DNA from: Spirochaetia bacterium
GTDB taxonomy: Bacteria; Spirochaetota; Spirochaetia; DSM-16054; Sediminispirochaetaceae
Length of the DNA stretch: 64,000 nt
Assembly (NCBI GenBank): GCA_034520965.1
Contig: JAXHMY010000003.1
Coordinates: 1 to 64,000 of the forward strand
Reading direction: 5' to 3'
The notes under the pieces were generated by a model that did not search any database, was not told the DNA's origin, and worked only from the letters and a program-made list of their open reading frames with translations. The translations under genes were made by a program, and so were the position numbers. Below, in pieces: positions 54,127 to 63,150 of the stretch (positions are counted from its first letter, which is position 1; the number at the start of each line of letters is the position of its first letter).

Positions 54127-57100
54127 CTAAAGTAATAACTCTCTTTGTCCCTTATAGTTAATTGAATTGGCTTTTTTCCAAAACTCAATTCCAGTTTTGC
54201 TTTTAGAAGCAAAGATAATATCATAATAATGCTTAATAGGTCTATAATCGAATTTTGAATAACCTAAATTTCTTAAACTATTTTCATAGTACTTCCTGAA
54301 TAGTAGCCTTAATTCCTTATGTAGCCCTTTTTCAGCCATATCCATTGCTTCTTGATTTTCAAAAAAATCATTACTTCCAAGAAATGTTCTATATTTTGTA
54401 GAGTAGACATACTATCGCCTTCCTTCATTAAGAGAGTTACGACAGCATGCCCCTCCCAGAACCGTACGTGCGCAACTAACGCATACGGCTCCTAGCACTA
54501 AACATTCGACCATTGCCAGATGTCTTTGCAAATTCTCGGTCTTGGTATTAATTTCCATATCCTTTCAAACGTCTCCCAATTAATCTTGCGCTTCTGACCT
54601 CTACGCCTTAGAGCCTTATACAGCGTGTATCTGATGTATTTATAGAACTTGTACAACCCTTTCAGATTGCCATTGACCCCGTAGTAATTGTAGTGCCCAA
54701 CCAGTTTCCGGCTGAGTGCTCTCACAATCTCCATGACAGGTCGATGCATATTCCATCTAATCCACTGTTTTGCGCTCTCGCGTTTAGCCTTCAGCTTCTT
54801 CTTGCTAGTGAGGTGCAGGACTGTGTACTTACCAGTCCTCGTACTGGCATTCACGTGGGTGAATCCAAGAAAATCAAATGTTTCCTTGGTTCCTTTGTAC
54901 CTTCCAAACGGAATGATCCTTGTCTTCTCTTCGGCCACCGTTAGCTTGAACTTTGCAAGCCTTTTAAGCATCACCTCGTAGAATCTTTTCGCATCACCCT
55001 CGTACTGGAACAATACCACATAGTCATCCGCATAACGGTACAAGTATGCCTCACCCCTCAAATACCTTTTTGCTGACCTTCTCAAACCACAAGTCGAGTA
55101 CGTAATGAAGATAGACGTTAGCCAGCACCGGCGACAGAAGCCCTCCTTGCGGAGTGCCCTTGTCGCTGTCGCTGACATTCCCATTCTCCATGATCCCCGC
55201 CTTGAGAAATCTTACTACATAACGGATGAAATTCTTGTCCTGTATATCGTTCTCAAGAAACTTCACCAGCCATTCGTGGTCGACATTGTCAAAGAACCCT
55301 TTGATGTCGGCATCAAGAATATAATTTACCTTCTTAGTCATGATCGTTTGGTTTATTTCCCGTATCACATCATGACAATTCCGATTCGGCCTGAACCCAT
55401 AGGAACAGTCCAGAAACCTCGGTTCGTATATCTCAGTCAGCGCCTTCGCCATTATTCCCTGTACGAGTTTGTCCTCATACGCCGGGATTCCCAGCGGCCG
55501 TACCGTGCCGTCCGTCTTGGGTATATACGTTCTTTTAACCGCCTGCGGTCTGTAACTGAAGGATTTCATCCGTCCAAGCAATGCATCCACATGCTCTTCC
55601 AATCCGGTTTCATAGCTCTCCTTCGTCGCTCCGTCTATGCCTGCGGCTTTTCCTCTGACCTGCGCTCGATGCTCTGCCTTCAGGTTCTCCCTGTTGACAT
55701 AGTGTATGAGCGTCTGCATCTTCGCGTGACTCTCCGACAACCTCCTCAATTCCCCATAACTGTTTTCCACTCTCTCAGAACCTCCAGTGTTCCTGGTGTT
55801 GGTCACAAGAAATACGTTTAATGCCCAGACCCCTTCGCTCCACCGACTTTCACCGGTTTCATCGCTACTATGAGTCGTAAGCGCTTCACAAACACAGGGT
55901 TAAAAAACTAACCTGGGAAGTTCTGTGGCAGAAGTTTTCTCCAGTCGCCATCTGTTTCTGCGGAAATACATCCTGAAAGCACATATCTAAGGTATCCATA
56001 GGGATCCAATCCGTTTAGTTTGGCCGTTTCAATGAGAGAATAGAAGTTTGCACTTGCATAGGCTCCTCGTGGACTGTCACAAAACTGCCAGTTTTTTCGT
56101 CCGATTACGAAAGGCCGAATTGCACGTTCACTCACATTGTTGTCCGGAGTCAGAGCTTCATGATCGAGAAAATGGCTTAGTTTATCCCACTGGCCTCTGG
56201 CATATGCAACAGCTTTTCCTAACTGAGATGAGGGGGCAACATTGCTTTTCCTGCTGAGCCAGATAGAAAAATCTTCAAGTAAAGGTTCAATCGCCGCCCG
56301 CCGGGCTGCAAGAAATTCGGTTGCAGGGAGGTCTTCTCCCGCAGTTCTTTTTCTTTTTGGTAGATCTTTGCAATCTTGCTCACTGCCTCATGGGCCGCTC
56401 CGGTTTTCTTTTTCACCTTTGCCGCGTCAACAAACTTACGACGGATATGGGCCAGACAGGCTACATGCGTAATATCGCCGAAGCCTCCGATGTGACTGTA
56501 TCCTTCATACCCATCGGTTTGAAGATAACCGCGGAAAGAATGCAGATACACTTCGGGCACGTGTTTGCCTCGCGATGGGGCATAGAGATAGCGTACGATT
56601 GGCTTCTTTGGCATTCCCCCAACTGCTACCCACATGTAGGAGTTACTGCTGTTCTCTTTGTTTTGCTCCCGGTGGACCTGCACCCGGGTTTCATCCATAT
56701 TGATTACAGGCCCGGCGCGAATCTCATCATCGAACAGCTCGATCAGCGGCTCAAGTTTTTTGCTGGCTTTCATGATCCACCTTCCCATCGTCTCTCTGGG
56801 AATATGGATGTTCAGCCGCTCAAACATTTTCTCCTGCCGGTACAAAGGTAGGCTGTCGCAGTACTTCGCCGTTGCAATGTAGGCTACCAGGGATTCTGTG
56901 GCTATCCCCTTTTCAATCAGCTGCGGGGCAGCGGCTGCAGTGAGTATGGTGTGCGCATCTGCACTCTCATCTCCGCCTGTACTACATGCATAGGTGTGGC
57001 GAACCGTACGTTTGACCACAAACTGCGGTGGGCGAATCTCCAGCTTTTCGCTGATCTCTTCTCCAATACGCTGAAGAGTAAGCGCTTCACAAACACAGGG

Positions 57101-60100
57101 TTAAAAAACTAACCTGGGAAGTTCTGTGGCAGAAGTTTTCTCCAGTCGCCATCTGTTTCTGCGGAAATACATCCTGAAAGCACATATCTAAGGTATCCAT
57201 AGGGATCCAATCCGTTTAGTTTGGCCGTTTCAATGAGAGAATAGAAGTTTGCACTTGCATAGGCTCCTCGTGGACTGTCACAAAACTGCCAGTTTTTTCG
57301 TCCGATTACGAAAGGCCGAATTGCACGTTCACTCACATTGTTGTCCGGAGTCAGAGCTTCATGATCGAGAAAATGGCTGAGTTTATCCCACTGGCCTCTG
57401 GCATATGCAACAGCTTTTCCTAACTGAGATGAGGGGGCAACATTGCTTTTCCTGCTGAGCCAGATAGAAAAATCTTCAAGTAAAGGTTCAATCGCCGCCC
57501 GCCGGGCTGCAAGAAATTCGGTTGCAGGGAGGTTCTTCTCCCGCAGTTCTTTTTCTTTTTGGTAGATCTTTGCAATCTTGCTCACTGCCTCATGGGCCGC
57601 TCCGGTTTTCTTTTTCACCTTTGCCGCGTCAACAAACTTACGACGGATATGGGCCGAGACAGGCTACATGCGTAATATCGCCGAAGCCTCCGATGTGACT
57701 GTATCCTTCATACCCATCGGTTTGAAGATAACCGCGGAAAGAATGCAGATACACTTCGGGCACGTGTTTACCTCGTGATGGGGCATAGAGATAGCGCACG
57801 ATTCGATTCTTCCGATCCCCTCCAACTGCGACCCACATGTAGGAGTTGCTGCTGTTTTCTCTGTTTTGCTCCCGGTGGACCTGCACCCGGGTTTCATCCA
57901 TATTGATTACAGGCCCGGCGCGAATCTCATCATCGAACAGCTCGATCAGCGGCTCAAGTTTTTTGCTGGCTTTCATGATCCACCTTCCCATCGTCTCTCT
58001 GGGAATATGGATGTTCAGCCGCTCAAACATTTTCTCCTGCCGGTACAAAGGTAGGCTGTCGCAGTACTTCGCCGTTGCAATGTAGGCTACCAGGGATTCT
58101 GTGGCTATCCCCTTTTCAATCAGCTGCGGGGCAGCGGCTGCAGTGAGTATGGTGTGCGCATCTGCACTCTCATCTCCGCCTGTACTACATGCATAGGTGT
58201 GGCGAACCGTACGTTTGACCACAAACTGCGGTGGGCGAATCTCCAGCTTTTCGCTGATCTCTTCTCCAATACGCTGAAGAGGCGCTCCACAGTTACAGAC
58301 CCTTTGCTCTTCGGGCAGATCAATTTCGGTAGTCTCACGGGGTAGATGCTCAGGCAAAGGCTCTCTGCCCCCATGGCCCTTTTTCTTTACCCTCGTGTGA
58401 GCGGCCACCGGTCTCTCTTCGCTCTCCTCTTGCGGGGCCTCTGAGAGACATTCGGCTTCATTGAAAAGCAGTGCTTGTTTTTGCTCGACGGTATTTAGTT
58501 TTTCTGTTGATTTAGCAAAAAATCTGTTCAGGACAATCTGATACTTCTCTTCCAGCTGCTCGTAGGCCAGTTTTTGCTTGAGGTTTTCATTTTGCAGATC
58601 ATGTATCATCTGCTGCAGTTCATCTATGTCTTCCGGTAGTTGCTCCGGTCTCGCTTCTATACTCACAAGCCGAATTGTATCAGATCACTTATTTTTGTTC
58701 TAGACCCTAAGTCACTTTTGTGTACTCAAGTTCACGGTGGGCTTTCCAAATATTCAGCCCGTCGAGCAGCAGCCGCCACTGTCGAGCACTAATCTGATGT
58801 ACTTCATCTGCCTCCGTAGGCCAGGGGAAAGTATCTTGTTCAAGGCGTTTTTGCCATAGACAAAAGCCGTTGCGATCCCAGTAGATTGCCTTCATAAGGG
58901 TGCGTTTACGATTGCAGAAGATGAACAGTGCTTTTTGAAAAGGATCAAGCTCCATTTCTTCCTGCACCACTGCCGCCAGTCCGGCTGATTGCTTTCGCAT
59001 ATCGGTCGGTCCAGCTTTTACAAACAGCTGGACCTTTGACAGATCGAGAAACATTAGAGGTGCTCCAATGCAGAGACTACAGCCCGTAGGGTATCTGGAC
59101 TAAAATCCGGGTACACTTCGATGCGATAGTCATTAGGTAGTTCGATTTTAATGCTGGCCGCTTCTTTACTGCTGCTTGTGTGAGCACACTGTGCTGCTGT
59201 TAAGCTGACAGAGACAAAGCCCTGATCGGCGGTTCTCTTTTTATTTTGCAGCTGATTAAACCAACTGTAGAAGATATTCCGTTTTATTCCGATTTGCTGT
59301 GCATACTCGGTCTTGGTCAGGCCACTTTCTTTCCATAGTTCGATGTGCAGCTTCTTCTCTCTTTGGTAATTTTCATAGGCAGTCACTCCTTTTTCTGTTC
59401 TTATTTGGAGTTTCTGCTATTTTTCCTTTCCTGAACCAGACGGGGTTTGTGAAGCGCTTACTATGAGTCTGTCCGATTGCTGATGCCCCATATAGGTTTC
59501 TTGACTCTTCGCCTTTATGTCCCCTCTTAGTCCAACGGACAGGACATCAGCCCTCCCAGGTACGCTTGATCTACCTTGTGTGCTCGCCATGCTCTCAGAC
59601 CCCGTTGGGTTCTCGGCACTCTCGCCTTTTCCGAGTGCTTCTTGCTGGTTGCTGTCATATGAAAAACATCACCACCCAATCTTTATACTAACGAGGCTCA
59701 ATCACGTTCAACCTTTCGGCTTATGGCTCGCACACTCCTTTACCTACGCTTAAACCTCACCTCACGGCTTCGGCTCCAAGGCTAAGTACCGGCTGTTGGC
59801 TAGACTTTACCGGACAGGGTGTCTCACCCTGCTATATATCAAACGCCGAACTGGCGCACTCATATGATCTACTATACTTCTTTGGACTGTTAAAAACCCC
59901 TAGTATATTTCTATTGAAGTCAGTTCCTGAAGCAACATTAATAATAAAATCAACATTGTTTATTGTCTTAGATATTTCTTCTATTAAATTAAAGGGTACA
60001 CTACAATCTGTCGGATCAATAAATACAATGTTAAGATGGTCAGTAGGTATTTTTCTTTTAAGACATTACAAATTGTTTCTGGATGATAATAATCACCTTG

Positions 60101-60532
60101 TATAGCTTGTGCTTTTTCCAATTTATTATCTATAAATCTGTCATTTAGATTAGTGACTATTTCGTTATCAATATCAAAGAAAAGAGCATTTGATATATAT
60201 TTTAAATTTTTATGCTTACCAATAGCTAAAGGAGTACCATCTAGTTCAATTCCTGTATCTCTATTTACACATCTGCCAGGACCGCTGCAAATTTCAATAT
60301 AATTAAGTCCGTTCCACCGAATATGCATACCTTGAGAAAATATACCAAAATATTTCACTAAGTAGAATATTTTCTCTTCCGCCCAATCACCAACACATCT
60401 CACAGGCCTATTATCAATTGTAGATAAGGTCTCAACACACATATCATCTATGGTATAAGCTTTTCGGTCATTTTTATTACATTTCTTATAACAATTTTTG
60501 TTTTCAACTTTGTTTAGATCGAAACTTTCCAT
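54127..60532 (-). CDS. tcmP: cassette: TcmP-like (three-Cys-motif partner) methyltransferase-fold protein, split by a group II intron
   Basis: VGDWAEEKI, YIEICSGPG, GTPL, VFIDP, IIFASK motifs; exons 60532-59860 and 54397-54127 join in frame (..KYSRSYE|KYRTFLG..); extra frameshift near 60,055. Confidence 0.75.
54498..55806 (-). CDS. ltrA: group II intron reverse transcriptase/maturase (frameshift near 55,055; no endonuclease domain)
   Basis: RPLGIP, SYGFRP, DADIKGFFD, GTPQGG, YADD, FDFLGF; maturase GHYNYYG. Confidence 0.93.
55877..57077 (-). mobile_element. partial IS66 copy (3' part of tnpC plus terminal inverted repeat)
   Basis: Begins GTAAGCGCTTCACAAAC; near-identical to 57078-58279. Confidence 0.9.
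57109..58666 (-). CDS. tnpC: IS66 transposase (frameshift near 57,655)
   Basis: LPLYRQ, MDET, LQTDGY, DNNVSERAIRPFVIGRKNW motifs. Confidence 0.9.
58707..59054 (-). CDS. tnpB: IS66 accessory protein
   Basis: PTDMRK...LFIFCNR...YWDRNGFCLWQKRLE. Confidence 0.93.
   Translation of the reverse strand: MFLDLSKVQLFVKAGPTDMRKQSAGLAAVVQEEMELDPFQKALFIFCNRKRTLMKAIYWDRNGFCLWQKRLEQDTFPWPTEADEVHQISARQWRLLLDGLNIWKAHRELEYTKVT
59054..59386 (-). CDS. tnpA: IS66 HTH accessory protein
   Basis: WKESGLTKTEYAQQIGI...FYSW. Confidence 0.85.
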   Translation of the reverse strand: MTAYENYQREKKLHIELWKESGLTKTEYAQQIGIKRNIFYSWFNQLQNKKRTADQGFVSVSLTAAQCAHTSSSKEAASIKIELPNDYRIEVYPDFSPDTLRAVVSALEHL

Positions 60533-60548
60533 TTATTCTCCTAAAAGT

Positions 60549-60683
60549 ACATAACGTTCACTTGAGTTGCCTGGCGCTGTTACGCAATAGCCCACTCTCT
60601 TTAACCATTGTAACCCGAGTTTCGCAATACAACAACTTCTTTGCCAAATAGTCCGCCAGGTCAACTCCAAGTGGTTGTTATGT
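60549..60683 (-). repeat. attC site
   Basis: 135-bp consensus. Confidence 0.95.
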
Positions 60684-60686
60684 TCA

Positions 60687-61384
60687 TTACATTTTACTTT
60701 TTATCCATATCCCTGTATATTCTGGTACAACTGCACTTTTACTCTCTAATACTTTATCTTTCATTTCTTCTCCAAAGAAAAAACTTATTATTTGGGCAGC
60801 TTCTCTATAGTCATTGAATTTATAATCAGTTTTAACAATAGTTTTTACAAACGCATATTCTTCTTCAAGCAAGCTATAGAATTCTATTAAATCAGTATTA
60901 TTTATTTCCGGATCTTTCACATTTGTACCAAGAGTTTCAATTAATATTTTCACACTATTATCAGTGGTTATCTGATTTATGTTATTTAACAGCTTTACAG
61001 TAGTACTCTGAATATCATTATTGTTTTCAACTATAGTGTGTCCAAAACTCCATCCTTCAATAAATATATGTGCTTTATTTTTTACCAAAGGCAAATTCTC
61101 ATTTTCACCAACATTCAAAACTATTTTATCTGAATATTTTTTTAAGTTTTTTTTACATCTATTTAGCATATGAGCTTCCCGATCAAACCCATAGAGCTTC
61201 TCTATTTTGTCAATATATATTTTGGAGAGACGTCCCGTACCGATACCTGCCTCATATACGATCTTTTTATCCATTCTATTCTATTTAATAGCTCTTCAGT
61301 CAAGTTGTTTTGATAATCTTCAGCGGTTACCAACTTGTCGTATTCGGTAGCATACTTTTTATATATTTCACTCATTTTCGGCAA
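60687..61384 (-). CDS. cassette: class I SAM-dependent methyltransferase, paralogue of 40759-41460 (frameshift near 61,272)
   Basis: YEAGIGTGR, FIEGWSFGHTIVENN, VPEYTGIW shared with the other copy. Confidence 0.85.
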
Positions 61385-61519
61385 AACAATTTTCCCTTCC
61401 TCATTTTGTTAATCTAAAACTCACAATAACTTTTGAGATTAAAATAGTATTATAAATAATGTTTCATCTTACATGCCCACTAAGTTTAACCAACTTCAGC
61501 ATCGATAGTAATTTCATGA

Positions 61520-61655
61520 ACATAACGTTCACTTGAGTTGCCTGGCGCTGTTACTGCAATAGTCCACTCTCTTTAACCATTGTAACTCCAGTTCTCCGAA
61601 TCAAAAATCTCTTTCTCAATTTCATCGCCAGGACAACTCCAAGTGGTTGTTATGT
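61520..61655 (-). repeat. attC site
   Basis: 136-bp consensus. Confidence 0.95.
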
Positions 61656-61659
61656 TTAA

Positions 61660-62471
61660 TCAGTTATCTAATTTTAATAATTTATTAGCATACTCAGATC
61701 CATGGTTTTCACACCAATATGTTTTCATGTAATACGCATTATTAAAATCGAAGTTTTTATTATCTTTCAATGATAATGATTGCCATATATCTTTTTCTCA
61801 CCAGTATAGGTACCGTTTTCACACCCACAAGACTTAAGTGCATAATCAGATTTTAATTCTTTATAATATCTATCTGAAACCATTAACTGTCCCTTTTCTG
61901 TCAAACTCGCTAATTTTGCAGCCATATTCACTGGCTTACCTGCCCATACTTCATTTCTTCTATCTGATCTATTATTCTTTTGCCTTAAACCTATTTTTTT
62001 TACTAATACAGTCTTTTTATCTATTCCTATATGTACACCTAAATCCAATTTACTTCTTTGCTTATATAAAGGAATAAAAGATTTTTCTACAAATGTTTTT
62101 ACAGTAACAGCGGATACAAGCGATCTATAAATTTCATTTTTATTAAATAATGCAAAAACGCCATCACCCTGCACTTCGACATATGAAGCATCATAAAAAT
62201 GAAAAATTTTTATTATTGTACCTGTAAATAATTCATATGCACTGGCAGTGCTCGAATCATATTTTTGTTCTGCAGAAAGTCTTGTTGAACCAATCATATC
62301 CGTATATACACATATTACATCATTTATCTTGAGCCATTTATTTCCTTCTTTTGGAATATTATTTGTGTCTGGAATGCTGTCAATTATATCAATATTATTT
62401 TTCTGATTAAACAGTTCTATTTGTTCGTTTATTTTATCTAAAATACCTTTCGGTAGTTGTTTTTCATCCAT
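61660..62471 (-). CDS. pycC: cassette: Pycsar pyrimidine cyclase (3' frameshift)
   Basis: YTDMIGST, QGDGVFALF, HIGID, VWAGKPVNMAAKL class III cyclase motifs; adjacent to a TM effector. Confidence 0.8.
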
Positions 62472-62481
62472 ACTAATATCC

Positions 62482-62987
62482 CTATAACAAAATTGTTAAA
62501 AAAGTTAATATCAAACCAATTGTAAATATGCTAATTGCAATATTAAATGCTCTAAATTTTTCTAAAACAATATTTGATAGTGTATAAATCTGCTTTGCTA
62601 TATCTTTTTCTTCTTTATTTAATTCTTCATTATTAAAATACTCCCTCTGTATTATTTCAATAAATTCATCCTTAGTTTGTATGCAAGCTATATCTGAAAA
62701 AAGAAATAAATTTGGATTTGATACAATTTTTCTGCGTCTTGCATAGATCTGTTTTGTTTTAGGTATCATACTTAACAGACTAATCAATAGTGATAATATT
62801 AATAATATAATACTTTATAAAAAAATATTAAGCTATCATTGTTGTATAATAATCTCTGGCTTTTCAGAAACCCAATTAATGCAATTACAAAACCTATTAG
62901 TATTGTGTTTTTACTTTCTGCATATTTAATTAAATTTTGCAAATTCTCAAAATTTGTTATTAATTTACTTATCTTGTCCATTATCAT
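62482..62987 (-). CDS. pycTM: cassette: Pycsar transmembrane effector (frameshift near 62,800)
   Basis: IKYAESKNTIL + TM; NLFLFSDIA; KQIYTLSNIVLEKF + TM, matching the DUF5706 layout. Confidence 0.8.
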
Positions 62988-63000
62988 GCTCCAGGATTAA

Positions 63001-63135
63001 ACATAACGTTCACTTGAGTTGCCTGGCGCTGTAACGCTATAGCTCACTCTCTTTAACCATTGTAACTCCAGTTTTTCAAATCAACAATCTCTTTCTCAAT
63101 TTCATCGCCAGGACAACTCCAAGTGGTTGTTATGT
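63001..63135 (-). repeat. attC site
   Basis: 135-bp consensus. Confidence 0.95.
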
Positions 63136-63150
63136 AGCGCAGGTTCAAAT

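Larger units (their letters stand above)
57078..59461 (-). mobile_element. IS66-family insertion sequence, full length
   Basis: Inverted repeats GTAAGCGCTTCACAAAC / GTTTGTGAAGCGCTTAC; 8-bp duplication TATGAGTC flanks the whole 55877-59461 block. Confidence 0.95.
54398..59859 (-). mobile_element. group II intron (IIB-like, not IIC), about 1,869 nt once the IS66 block is removed
   Basis: 5' GTGCG; 3' ..CTACTCTAC; domain V GAGCCGTATGCG...GCACGTACGGTTC; candidate EBS1 TCATATGA (59655-59662) complementary to the exon end; RT ORF. Confidence 0.93.

Noticed and set aside
54498..55806. Reverse transcriptase as a retron, DGR or defence RT
   Set aside because: It has a maturase region and sits within group II intron borders with domain V. 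No template/variable repeat pair or msr-msd was seen.
56565..57860. Divergent patch between IS66 copies as DGR adenine mutagenesis
   Set aside because: Changes are largely synonymous and not restricted to adenines, which fits allelic mosaicism.
54398..59859. Class IIC-attC intron
   Set aside because: It is inserted in a coding sequence far from any attC, and domain V has the AGC triad rather than the IIC form.
39305..63135. 135-bp repeats as a CRISPR array or as small repeated ORFs (e.g. 49527-49709, 53225-53434)
   Set aside because: The repeats are too long, are separated by gene-sized units, have attC architecture and have no cas genes nearby. The ORFs are translations of the attC bottom strand.
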